Source: Terriglobia bacterium
GTDB lineage: Bacteria; Acidobacteriota; Terriglobia; 20CM-2-55-15
Length of the DNA stretch: 64,000 bases
Assembly: GCA_965198225.1 (NCBI GenBank)
Contig: CBDAOY010000006.1
Coordinates: forward strand, 832,001-896,000
Direction: 5' to 3'
A program made the position numbers and the translations under genes. Of the stretch, positions 29,388 to 39,054 are shown in pieces; the first letter of the stretch is position 1, and the number at the start of each line of letters is the position of its first letter. The notes beneath the pieces were generated by a model that made no database searches, had not been told where the DNA came from, and saw only the letters and a program-made list of their open reading frames with translations.

Positions 29388-32300
29388 GGCATCCCCCGGA
29401 GCTGATCGATCGTATCCAGCGCCTTCTTGTCTTTCCGTCCGGTCCGTAATTCCTCGTAGGGACCACAGACAACACGGTAGTCGCAGTAGAGGCAAGCCCG
29501 TTCACGAGGCGCGGCCGGAAGAAAGCCTTTCTGCAGACTGCGGTCGATCAAGTCAATCGCCCGCTCGATGTTGAGCCGGGCTTCCTCGTTGATAGAGACC
29601 TCGAAGCGGCGATAGTCTCCGCGCTGCGTGCAGTAGGAAAGTTCCGACACCGCGACTACCTTCCCCAGGAGGTTTTCGGCCGCGAGGGCGTACAGCGTCG
29701 GCTGGAGCACCTCTCCCGCGCCGATCGTCACCGGTCCCTGGGCCGGCGCCCGTCCCGTCTTGTGGTCGATGACACGAAGCATGCCGTTACCCGGATGCTC
29801 CTCGACCAGGTCGATTGATCCCCGCAGCCGAATTCCGTCTAAGATCACCGCTTCCTCGTCGCGGCTTGCGGGATCCCTGCCCCTGGAACGATCGAGACCG
29901 AAAGAGAACTCGAACAGCGCCGGCAGCCACTGTTCTCCCTCCGCAGCAAGCTGGCTCCGCTGGCGCAACCATCCCCGGAGGTCGGTGCGCAGGTCCTCGA
30001 TTCCGCTTTCCCAAATCCGCACGATGGCCGGCGCGAGTTCGTCCCGGTACTCTTCGGCAACATCGTCCAACACCCGGTCGGCCCTCCGCGTGACGTCATC
30101 GAGGTTCACGGAGGTGATGGGGAGCAATTCCTCCGCGCGCAGCTGGGACAGGAGGCGGAACTGCACTTCATGAAACAGGCTCCCTCTCGTCAACGGATCG
30201 AGCCGTTCGATCCGGACGATCTCCTCCCGTGGTTGAAGCCTGTGGATGGAGTAGAGGAGGAAGCGGTACGGGCAGGCCGCGAACTTCTGGAGTGACGTCG
30301 GAGAGTAGCTCCGAAACTTCGGGCGGTGTGTCGCGAGAATTTCCAGAGCGGCCTCGTCGGGTTCGACGATACCGTCGGCCGAGGACCACCTGGGATCCCA
30401 GCGAAGCCACCGGGTTCGAAGAGACCGGGCCAGGTGCGGGTTGGCTCCGAGAAGGTACCGTCCGCGTCCGACACGCTCACCGGCTGGTCGTTGCAGCAGA
30501 TGTCCGATCGTCGCCAGGTCATACTCCGTATCGTCGATCGCTTCGGAGGCCTGGCGCGGTGACGGCCAGCCGAGCAGAGATCGCGACATTCCGGTAGCGC
30601 GCTGCTCGAGACTGCCGAGTTCCGGTATGTGCCCCTCGGCGGCACGAATGACGTCGAGGGCGTAGAAGGACGGAACGCGGGGGCGCCCCTGCATGATGTC
30701 CATGCGGGGATACGAGATGAAGAGCCGTCTTCTAGCCGCCCCGATTGCGATGTGGAGAAGCATGCGCTCGTCCATTACCCGGCTTTGCTGGAGCGCGAGT
30801 CCGGCCTCGAGTTTCTGGCAGTACTCGTCCAGAAGCAAAGGGTCCTCCAGTGCCTTACGCGGAAATGTCCCTTCGGAGACACCCGGCACGAAGACAAGCT
30901 CGAAGGACTGACCAGCCCCCTCCTGAATCGCTCCCACGAAGACTTTGCCGTAGCGGCGATCCGGAGGCTCGCTGCGCAGAAACGTCAGTCGATCCAGCAA
31001 AACCTCGCGAACTTCATCCAGCGTGACCGGTCCGACATCGAACATGGGGCGGAGTTCGGCCAGGACCGACAGCACGTGGGTGGGTTCTCGGAGGGTGAGT
31101 CGGGCGAGATCTTCGAGGAGACTCAGCCACCGGCCCCACGATGCGGAATCGGGAAAGTCGTCCAGAAACTCGATGACGGGCAGGGCAAAGCGCCGGAGGT
31201 GCCCCAGTCGATCGAGCTGCGTTTGGATGTATTCGCGTCGGTTTTCTTCTTCAGATCCCAACTCGGCGATCTGCTTGCGAAACTCGCTTCCGAGACCGGC
31301 GAGACGGGTCTTCCATCGGCTCCGGCCACCGATGACCGATGCATCGACCAGCAGCCGTTCCCACTGAAACGGGGCGCGCAGGCTTCCGGCGATCACCGGG
31401 CTGTCTTCCGGATCGACATCGACGTCGATGTCTCCGGGAGGCCCGGCCGCCGGCAACGGGGCGTCGGGGAAGAGTTCCCCCTGAGCGGGGACGAACGCGG
31501 GTTCTTCGGGGAGGGTTGGCTCGCCCTGGGCGTCGGGCTGGGGCGTCTGCCCCAGCGACAGGTATTCGGCAAAACGCGACGCCGACAAACCCTCCGAGCA
31601 GCATGAAAGCAGGGCCAGGAACGCCCGTCCCGACGGATTCGGTCGCACGCTGCCCCGCGTATAGTAGCCGGGAATGCCGCTCCGCCGGAGGGCGTCTTCG
31701 ATCAGAGGCTGGTAGGTTTCAGGGTTGCGGAGCAGAACGGCAACTTCGTCGAACCGGACCTGCTCATCCTGGCACGCAGCCATGATGTATCGGGCGATCT
31801 CGACACATTCCCGTCCCTCGTCGGTCGACGAGAAGAAGACCAGGCTGGCGTCGGAGCTTTGCGGGTTGGGTGTCTGCAGGGCGAACACCGAAGACCGAAG
31901 TCTGGCGAGCGTTGTCTTGACCTCGTCTCCATCCAGGTTCTCGGAGGCGGCGTCGAGGGCGGTTTCCAATCCCTGAAGACCTTCCGAGCTCTGTGGGAGG
32001 GTCACCGCACAGACGTGGGGTGATTTCGACGCCAGGGCTCGGAGCAGGGACACCTCCGCGGCCTTCCTCGGCAGAACATCCAGAAGGATGACGGGCAGCG
32101 TGCTCAACCGGTGCGGCGTCTCGAGGATCGCATCGGTGGCTGCGCCGAACACGGTGGCGGTGTCGGCCATCATTGCCTGCGTCAGCTCCTGCTCATAGAC
32201 TCTCAGCAGGTTCTGGAGGTCGGCCCCGGACGGCCCGATCTCTGCGAGAGTGTCTTCTTCAACGTAATTGAAGCGGAGTTCGGAAATGGTTCGAGCCAGA

Positions 32301-32656
32301 GCCCTGGCGAAGCCGACGGTATCAGCGACAGGCGCGAAGTATGAGAGGTCATTCGAGGACCGTGCTCGATGGATGGTCCGGGCGGCCAGAGCCTCAACCG
32401 CAAGCCCTCCCGCAGGCGACAGCGACCGGGCGGCGAGACTCTCGACCCCGGCCTCGAAGGCCAGCTGAGTGAGCGTCATCCGGTGAAGACCCATCCGGCC
32501 CCCATTCCGGAGGCAGTGGTCTCGGACGAAATCGTCCGCGGCCACCTTCGTCGAAGCCACGATCAGGACTTCCGGGTAATCGGCCCATCGCTCGAGTTGT
32601 CCCGAAGCGAAACGGATTCTTGTTTCGGCCGAGGTAGATGTCGCGAGGCGATGCAT
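29384..32656 (-). CDS. addB: AddB-like protein: inactive helicase fold plus Fe-S PD-(D/E)XK nuclease
   Basis: SPTSLQKFAACPYRF, GSID...DHKTG, QPTLY and CLYCDYRVVC motifs. Coupled to the addA-like gene. Confidence 0.82.
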   Translation of the reverse strand: MHRLATSTSAETRIRFASGQLERWADYPEVLIVASTKVAADDFVRDHCLRNGGRMGLHRMTLTQLAFEAGVESLAARSLSPAGGLAVEALAARTIHRARSSNDLSYFAPVADTVGFARALARTISELRFNYVEEDTLAEIGPSGADLQNLLRVYEQELTQAMMADTATVFGAATDAILETPHRLSTLPVILLDVLPRKAAEVSLLRALASKSPHVCAVTLPQSSEGLQGLETALDAASENLDGDEVKTTLARLRSSVFALQTPNPQSSDASLVFFSSTDEGRECVEIARYIMAACQDEQVRFDEVAVLLRNPETYQPLIEDALRRSGIPGYYTRGSVRPNPSGRAFLALLSCCSEGLSASRFAEYLSLGQTPQPDAQGEPTLPEEPAFVPAQGELFPDAPLPAAGPPGDIDVDVDPEDSPVIAGSLRAPFQWERLLVDASVIGGRSRWKTRLAGLGSEFRKQIAELGSEEENRREYIQTQLDRLGHLRRFALPVIEFLDDFPDSASWGRWLSLLEDLARLTLREPTHVLSVLAELRPMFDVGPVTLDEVREVLLDRLTFLRSEPPDRRYGKVFVGAIQEGAGQSFELVFVPGVSEGTFPRKALEDPLLLDEYCQKLEAGLALQQSRVMDERMLLHIAIGAARRRLFISYPRMDIMQGRPRVPSFYALDVIRAAEGHIPELGSLEQRATGMSRSLLGWPSPRQASEAIDDTEYDLATIGHLLQRPAGERVGRGRYLLGANPHLARSLRTRWLRWDPRWSSADGIVEPDEAALEILATHRPKFRSYSPTSLQKFAACPYRFLLYSIHRLQPREEIVRIERLDPLTRGSLFHEVQFRLLSQLRAEELLPITSVNLDDVTRRADRVLDDVAEEYRDELAPAIVRIWESGIEDLRTDLRGWLRQRSQLAAEGEQWLPALFEFSFGLDRSRGRDPASRDEEAVILDGIRLRGSIDLVEEHPGNGMLRVIDHKTGRAPAQGPVTIGAGEVLQPTLYALAAENLLGKVVAVSELSYCTQRGDYRRFEVSINEEARLNIERAIDLIDRSLQKGFLPAAPRERACLYCDYRVVCGPYEELRTGRKDKKALDTIDQLRGMP

Positions 32657-33816
32657 CAGTTTCGCTGGCGCATGAAGTCACCGAAACGGTCCAGGGCGGC
32701 CTCCAGTGTCTCGCCGGTGGATGCGAAGCAGAGGCGCAGGTATCCTTCGCCGCCCGGGCCGAAAGCCGATCCCGGGGCCAGGGCAACACCGGTCCGGCGC
32801 ACCAGCTCTTCGGCGAAGGTCGCCGAATCCGTCAGCTCGTCGATCTGGAGGAATGCGTAGAATCCGCCCTCCGGCGGCGGCAAGGACACGCCCGGAAGCT
32901 CGGCGATGCGATCCATGACCAGTCTCCTTCGCCCAGAGTACAGCTCGCGAAGCTCGGCGACGTAGGAATCCCCCTGCTCCAGCGCGACCACACCCGCCTC
33001 CTGGACCATCGCCGGAGCAGATGACGTCATGAATTCCGCTGCCGTTGTCATCAGCCCGACCAGGCGCTCGCTGCCCAATCCGTACCCGAGGCGCCATCCC
33101 GTCATGTTGTAGGACTTCGAAAAGCTGTTCACGACAAGGAGGTGTTCCCGATCGGTTGCGACCGCGGCGAAGGAAGGGGCAATGGGCGGGCCGAAGACCA
33201 GACGATCGTAGACTTCGTCGCTCAGGACAACGAAGTCGTTCCGGAGTGCGAGCTCCCAAAGCGCCTCCTGCTCCTCACGGGTGATGACCCACCCCGTCGG
33301 GTTGGACGGGCTGTTGATGGCCAACAGACTTGTGTGATCGTCGACGGCTTTGCGGATACGGTCCAGGTCGATGCGGAAAGCGTCGCCGTCGCGAGCGAGA
33401 GGCACCAGACGCGTCTCACCGCCGGCCATCGTGACCCCGGAAGAAAATATCGAGTAGGCGGGGCAGATGACGACGGCATTATCGCCAGGGCCGACGAGGG
33501 CCCGGATTGCGAGAAAGATCGCCATCCCCGCGCCTACCGTGGCGATGATTTCCGACGGCACGTATCGGACTCCGTGAAGTTGCTGGAACTTCACAGCCAC
33601 AGCTTCCCGCAGACGGTCCGATCCGCCTGGGTTTGTATAGAAGGTGTGTCCGGACAGGGAAGCCTCGTAGGCGGCTCGACAGATGAAATCCGGTGTCGGC
33701 ATATCGGACTCGCCGTAGCAGAGCTTGAGGGAACCGGGTACCTGTTCGGCTGCCGTGGCGATACGAACCAGCGGTGATTCCCTGACTTTGAGGACTTCAG
33801 GTCTGAATTGCATCAT
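32656..33816 (-). CDS. PLP-dependent aminotransferase class I/II
   Basis: NSPSNPTG, SDEVY, SFSKSYNMTGWRLG and GYLRLCFA motifs. Confidence 0.93.
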   Translation of the reverse strand: MMQFRPEVLKVRESPLVRIATAAEQVPGSLKLCYGESDMPTPDFICRAAYEASLSGHTFYTNPGGSDRLREAVAVKFQQLHGVRYVPSEIIATVGAGMAIFLAIRALVGPGDNAVVICPAYSIFSSGVTMAGGETRLVPLARDGDAFRIDLDRIRKAVDDHTSLLAINSPSNPTGWVITREEQEALWELALRNDFVVLSDEVYDRLVFGPPIAPSFAAVATDREHLLVVNSFSKSYNMTGWRLGYGLGSERLVGLMTTAAEFMTSSAPAMVQEAGVVALEQGDSYVAELRELYSGRRRLVMDRIAELPGVSLPPPEGGFYAFLQIDELTDSATFAEELVRRTGVALAPGSAFGPGGEGYLRLCFASTGETLEAALDRFGDFMRQRN

Positions 33817-33875
33817 GGAAACGCGCGCGGCTAACGTCAGCATAGTATAATCCCTGATTTCCAGCCGAGGTCCGG

Positions 33876-35078
33876 ATGCCGGTTCCAACTGCATTTCACG
33901 AAAGAACCTTTGCGTTGTGCGAGAGCCTGAACTACCGGGAATGGTCGGGTTACTACGCTGTGAGCGCTTACGAGGCGCACCACGAGCATGAGTACAACGC
34001 CATCCGCAACGCCGCTGCACTGATCGACGTTTCACCTCTGTTCAAGTACAAGGTCACAGGACCGGACGCCACCAGACTGGTGGACCGGGTCGTTACTCGG
34101 GACATGGGCAAGGTCAAAGTGGGCCGCGTGATCTACACGCCCTGGTGCGACGAGAGCGGCAAGGTCATCGATGACGGGACAGTCTCTCGTCTGGAGGAGA
34201 ACACTTACCGGTGGACTGCCGCGGACCCGAGCCTGAGGTGGTTTCACCAGAACGCGCTGGGACTGGATGTTCGAATCGAAGACGCTTCAGAGAGCCTCGC
34301 GGCATTGGCCCTCCAAGGTCCGACCTCCGGGCGGCTGCTCGCCGGTCTCGCGGATGATGCCGATGTCGCGAATCTGAAGTATTTCAGCGTGCTCAGCAGC
34401 CGAATCGCCGGAGTGCCCGTCGACATCTCGCGGACCGGATACACGGGCGATCTCGGATACGAGCTCTGGATTCCAAGGGAGCACTCGCTTCGCGTCTGGG
34501 ATGCATTGATGGAGCGTGGTCGGGATTTCGACATCCATGCAGCCGGCATGCTGGCCTTGGATGTGGCGCGCATAGAAGCGGGCCTTCTGCTCATAGAAGT
34601 GAACTTCAACAGCAGCAAGAGATCCCTCATCGAGTCCCAGAAGTATTCGCCTTTTGAGATGGGTCTGGACCGGCTGGTCCATCTGGACAAGGGACGGTTT
34701 GTGGGCCAGTCGGCGCTCATCGAGGAAAAGAAGCGTGGCCATCCACGCCAGATCGTCGGTCTCGAGATCGGCTGGGAGGGAGTGGAACGGACATTTGAAG
34801 ATACGGGGCTGCCGCCGACGATGTCATCGACCGCATCCCGCGCTCCGGTGCCCGTCTACCGGGACGGGCGACAGGTGGGGAAGGCGACGTCCACGAGTTG
34901 GTCTCCCATTTTGAAGAAGCTCATCGCGCTGGCGACCATCAGCCGCGCGCACACCGGGGTAGCCACTGAGCTGGAGGTCGAGCTCACGGTCGAGGCGGTT
35001 CGCCACCGCGTTCCCGCCACGGTTGTCCAGACCCCATTTTATAATCCGAAGAGAAAGAAGAAGACGCCGATCGAGTAG
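33876..35078 (+). CDS. Aminomethyltransferase (GcvT) family protein
   Basis: DVSPL, IDDG, LALQGP, SRTGYTGDLGYE and RIEAG motifs. No gcvH or gcvP nearby. Confidence 0.9.
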   Translation: MPVPTAFHERTFALCESLNYREWSGYYAVSAYEAHHEHEYNAIRNAAALIDVSPLFKYKVTGPDATRLVDRVVTRDMGKVKVGRVIYTPWCDESGKVIDDGTVSRLEENTYRWTAADPSLRWFHQNALGLDVRIEDASESLAALALQGPTSGRLLAGLADDADVANLKYFSVLSSRIAGVPVDISRTGYTGDLGYELWIPREHSLRVWDALMERGRDFDIHAAGMLALDVARIEAGLLLIEVNFNSSKRSLIESQKYSPFEMGLDRLVHLDKGRFVGQSALIEEKKRGHPRQIVGLEIGWEGVERTFEDTGLPPTMSSTASRAPVPVYRDGRQVGKATSTSWSPILKKLIALATISRAHTGVATELEVELTVEAVRHRVPATVVQTPFYNPKRKKKTPIE

Positions 35079-35244
35079 GGAATATGAAATCTCGAATCTG
35101 CAACCTCGAATCTTCCTTGCGGACCCTCGAATAGTCAATCTGCGATGGAAGACGATGTGGGGCTGCTCGTTCGCCGACTCTTCTGCTTAGCGAAAACCCG
35201 CTGCCTAGCGAAAACCCCGAAAATGACCTTTCCTACAGGCGGGT

Positions 35245-35310
35245 GTAGGTGCGCTCTATGAGCGCACATCGTTTTGGCTCGAAGAATGTGCGGTCATAGA
35301 CCGCACCTAC
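35245..35310. repeat. GTAG-family REP doublet
   Basis: GTAGGTGCGCTCTATGAGCGCAC (35245-35267) and GTGCGGTCATAGACCGCACCTAC (35288-35310). The second overlaps the cupin stop codon. Confidence 0.88.
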
Positions 35311-35636
35311 AGTTCGCCGCCTTTCGGGCCGTAGAAAATCGCCCAGGCGACGAAATCGTCCGTGAACTCTTCGAAACGATGTTCGGCTCCGGCGGATACG
35401 AACAGCACATCCCCCTGGGCAAACTCCTGCCGTTCATCCTCGACCGACAACGTGCCGCTGCCGCGGACGACGACATAGACTTCGTCCTGTTCGTGCGGTT
35501 GCTGGAGGTCTCCGTCGCGAGGGGCGTACAGCAGGACCCGCAGGCTCCCGTTTTCGAACCCGTCCGCCACAAACTGTTCGCGGTTTCCGAGGGTGGCGAT
35601 CATGTCTTCGAGGCGAGCGGCCAGAAGCTTCGTCAT
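35307..35636 (-). CDS. Cupin domain protein
   Basis: QQPHEQDEVYVV.RGSG and GAEHRF motifs. ATGA overlap with the upstream oxidoreductase. Confidence 0.85.
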   Translation of the reverse strand: MTKLLAARLEDMIATLGNREQFVADGFENGSLRVLLYAPRDGDLQQPHEQDEVYVVVRGSGTLSVEDERQEFAQGDVLFVSAGAEHRFEEFTDDFVAWAIFYGPKGGEL

Positions 35637-37222
35637 ATCGTTCCGTTCCTCAGATCCGCCAGGATCTCTCGACTCGCGTTCAAGCCCGGCGCTCCTGTAA
35701 TGCCTCCGCCGGGATGAGTTCCCGCTCCGCACAGGTACAGACCTTCGATCGGCGTCCGGTATCTGGACCAGCCGAGGAGCGGTCTGAAAGCGAACGCCTG
35801 ATCCAGTGATGGTTCGCCGTGGCCGACGTGGCCACCGCTGAGCCCGAAGGTTTGCTCGAGGTCCACCGGCGTAAGGATCTGACGTTCGACGATCAGTGCG
35901 CCGAGGCTCGGTGCGTAGGCCGATAGGGTGTCGACCACGGCGTCCCCCAGCTCTTCGCGGCGAGATGGCCAGTCGGCGCCTTTGAGCTCGTACGGAGCGT
36001 ATTGCATGTAGATCGACATTACATGGGCACCCTCTGGCGCGAGCGTCGGGTCGGCCAGCGACGGAATCACGACATCCAGGTATGGTCTTGGCGAAAAGTC
36101 ACCATATTTGGCCGCGTCGAACGCATGTTCGAGATAATCGGTGTCCGGACCGATGTGGATCCGTCCCGAAAGACTCGCCTCTTCGGTGACCCCGAAATCC
36201 GGCAGACCCGAAAGCGCGAGGTTGACCTTTGCAGCGGACCCCCGGCAGCGATAGTTCCCGATCTTCATCAGGAAGTTCGGATCCAGATCGACGGGGTCCA
36301 CCAACTGTAGGAAGGTATTCCTAGGATCGGCGTTCGAGACGACCATCCGGGCGGCGATCTCCTCCCCGGAAACCAGCCGCACTCCCTTGACCCTGTTGCC
36401 TGCGATCAGCACACGCTCGACCGGCGCCGCCGCTCGGATTTCCGCTCCCGCGGCTCGGGCAGCCGAGGCCAGAGCCTCGGAGAGCGCGCCCATCCCGCCC
36501 CTGACAAACACGGCGTCGGCGAATGCGGAGCCGTCCAGGGCAGCCTGCATCAGAACATTCAGGCTTGTCCCGGCCGAGCGGGGCCCCGCGAAGGTGCCCC
36601 GGATGCCGCGCGCCTCGATGATCCCCCGTAGCATCTCGGTCTCGAACCATTCCCCAGCCAGGTCTGCGACCGCCATTGGGCCCCAACGCAGCAGACGGAA
36701 AGCATTCTTTTTGTCCAACCCGCGGAAACGGAAGCCGAGCCGGCCGAAGTCCCAGAAGTCTCCTACCGTGGGATTGTCGATGTCCGGGGGCGTCATCGAC
36801 AGTAGGGGCGCCATTACGCGGCCGATATTGGAGAAGCTCTCTAGGAACTCTGGGTATTTTTCCGCGTCTCGTGCCGAAAACCGTCCGATGTCGTCGGCGG
36901 TGCGCCGGGCGTCTGTATAGACGTGGAGAGCGTCTCCGTCCAGGCGGGGCGCGAACAGGCGAACCTCGGGCGTGAGGAACGTCAACCCGTGTCCGGCGAG
37001 ACCAAGGTCATCGACGAGCCCCGGCAGCAGGGGACCTGCCGAGTGGGCGAGAGTGGGACAGCGGAATCCGGGGTGCAGCTCTTCGGTGACAGCGCCGCCT
37101 CCCACGATTTCGCGACGTTCGAGGACCAATGGAGCAAAGCCGGCCTTAGCCAGGTACGCGGCGGCGACCAGTCCGTTGTGTCCGGCGCCGATGACGACTG
37201 CCGCCCCGCCGCTCCCGGCCAC
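35633..37222 (-). CDS. FAD-dependent oxidoreductase, phytoene dehydrogenase-like (COG1233)
   Basis: IGAGHNGLVAA, GGMGA and LYLCGAGTHPGGG motifs. The GTG start overlaps the upstream TAG. Confidence 0.88.
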   Translation of the reverse strand: MAGSGGAAVVIGAGHNGLVAAAYLAKAGFAPLVLERREIVGGGAVTEELHPGFRCPTLAHSAGPLLPGLVDDLGLAGHGLTFLTPEVRLFAPRLDGDALHVYTDARRTADDIGRFSARDAEKYPEFLESFSNIGRVMAPLLSMTPPDIDNPTVGDFWDFGRLGFRFRGLDKKNAFRLLRWGPMAVADLAGEWFETEMLRGIIEARGIRGTFAGPRSAGTSLNVLMQAALDGSAFADAVFVRGGMGALSEALASAARAAGAEIRAAAPVERVLIAGNRVKGVRLVSGEEIAARMVVSNADPRNTFLQLVDPVDLDPNFLMKIGNYRCRGSAAKVNLALSGLPDFGVTEEASLSGRIHIGPDTDYLEHAFDAAKYGDFSPRPYLDVVIPSLADPTLAPEGAHVMSIYMQYAPYELKGADWPSRREELGDAVVDTLSAYAPSLGALIVERQILTPVDLEQTFGLSGGHVGHGEPSLDQAFAFRPLLGWSRYRTPIEGLYLCGAGTHPGGGITGAPGLNASREILADLRNGTI

Positions 37223-38814
37223 TACGCCTTGCCTCGCCTGGAATCGCTCAGGATCTTCCTCGCCGAGTTGAGCCCTGGTGCGCCCATGATCCCGCCCCCA
37301 GGGTGTGCAGCCGAGCCACACATGTAGAGGCCGCGGATCGGCGTCCGATAGTGTGCCCAGCGTGGCGCGGGCCGGAGGAAAAACAGCTGCTCCATCGTGA
37401 GCTCACCCTGGAATATATTTCCTTCCGACAGGCCGAAGGTCCGTTCCAGGTCGAGTGGCGTGAGGACCTGTCTGTGGAGAATCAGGTCGCGGATGTTCGG
37501 AGCGTGCTCAGCGAGCGTGTCGATGACGGTGTCCCCGAAATCTTCCCGCAGGTCGTCCCAGTTTCCATCCTTCAAGTGGTACGGGGCGTACTGAACGAAA
37601 CAGGACATGACGTGTTTCCCCGGCGGAGCCATCGACGGGTCCGTGAGGGTGGGGATCACGGCGTCGATGTAGGGTCGGCGTGAGAAACAGCCGTACTTGG
37701 CTTCGTCGTAGGCTCGTTCCATGTAGTCGATGCTCGGCGAGATCGAAATCGCTCCGCGCAGATGAGGTCCGCCACCGGGCAGCGCCTTGAAATCGGGTAC
37801 TCCATCGAGCGCCAGGTTGACCTTGCCTGAGGATCCGCGGAACTTGTAGCGCTGGATGTCTTCGACAAAGTCGTCTGGCAGCAACTCGGAGCCAATCATC
37901 TTCATGAAGGTCAATCGAGGATCGACGCTGGAGGACACGACTCGGGCGCCGATTTCCTCCCCGTTCTCGAGCACGACACCAATAGCCCTTCCGTTCTTGA
38001 CGCCGATTCGCTCGATCGGCGCTTCGGTGCGTATCTCGGCGCCAGCTTCACGAGCGGCGTCGGCGATGGCGTTGGAGATGGCGCCGGTCCCGCCCCGCGC
38101 GAAGCCCCACGCACGGAACGCACCGTCGATCTCTCCCATGTAGTGATGCAGGAGCACATAGGCGGTGCCCGGCGAGCGGACGCCGAGAAATGTGCCGATG
38201 ACGCCCGAAGCCGACATGGTGGCCTTGAGAACATCAGTCTCGAACCACCCGTCCAGAAAGTCGACCGCGCTCATCGTCATCAACTGGACCTGGTTGTACT
38301 TGCTTTCAGCGGGAAGCTGTTGAAATCGGCGGCCGAGGAAGAGCAGGTCCTTCAGACCCTGGAAGTCGAGCGCGGTCGGGTCCGGCGGCGTCATACCGAG
38401 GATGGGCTTGACGAACCGACCCATCTCGACCATCGCCTTGCCGTATTCCTCGTAGGCCTCGGCGTCCAGCCTCGAATGTCGCGCGATCTCCAGACGGGTC
38501 TTCGCGTGATCGTCGACGCGCCAGAGGTAGTCCCCGTCGAGCATCGGCGTAAAGGTGCCGTCCAGCGGGAGGATCTCCAGGCCGTGACGCGGGAGGTCGA
38601 GGTCCCGGATGATCTCGGGACGAAGCAGGGATACGACGTAGGACGCGACAGAGAACTTGAAGCCGGGGAAAACTTCCTCCGTCACGGCCGCACCGCCCAG
38701 GACGTGACGGCGTTCCAGCACGAGAACCCGCTTGCCCGCGCGCGCCAGGTATGCGGCGTTGACAAGACCGTTGTGGCCGCCCCCGATGACGATGACGTCG
38801 TACTGTGCCGACAT
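37222..38814 (-). CDS. FAD-dependent oxidoreductase, phytoene dehydrogenase-like (COG1233), second paralog
   Basis: IGGGHNGLVNA, GGTGA and LYMCGSAAHPGGG motifs. Confidence 0.9.
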   Translation of the reverse strand: MSAQYDVIVIGGGHNGLVNAAYLARAGKRVLVLERRHVLGGAAVTEEVFPGFKFSVASYVVSLLRPEIIRDLDLPRHGLEILPLDGTFTPMLDGDYLWRVDDHAKTRLEIARHSRLDAEAYEEYGKAMVEMGRFVKPILGMTPPDPTALDFQGLKDLLFLGRRFQQLPAESKYNQVQLMTMSAVDFLDGWFETDVLKATMSASGVIGTFLGVRSPGTAYVLLHHYMGEIDGAFRAWGFARGGTGAISNAIADAAREAGAEIRTEAPIERIGVKNGRAIGVVLENGEEIGARVVSSSVDPRLTFMKMIGSELLPDDFVEDIQRYKFRGSSGKVNLALDGVPDFKALPGGGPHLRGAISISPSIDYMERAYDEAKYGCFSRRPYIDAVIPTLTDPSMAPPGKHVMSCFVQYAPYHLKDGNWDDLREDFGDTVIDTLAEHAPNIRDLILHRQVLTPLDLERTFGLSEGNIFQGELTMEQLFFLRPAPRWAHYRTPIRGLYMCGSAAHPGGGIMGAPGLNSARKILSDSRRGKA

Positions 38815-39054
38815 TAGGCAGAGCCCCCCTCGTTCATGCGGCCTGCCATCATACCGAAAATTCAGGACGAAATTCAGGGACGGGGAGCGATTTTGGTAGT
38901 GTTCAAGTTTTCAAACTTGAGCACTACCAGCGATCTCCTTGCACTGAGGGGAGTGGTTTACCGATGGGGGATGTGCTCGTTGTCGCTGGATGTCTGCGAC
39001 AACCATGAGACGGGGTGGGGAAACAGAGGAGGCAACCGACAACGGCCTACGCCT

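Noticed and set aside
25965-32656. Helicase-nuclease pair as a novel defence system
   Set aside because: Motifs and gene order fit ordinary AddAB-type recombination repair genes.
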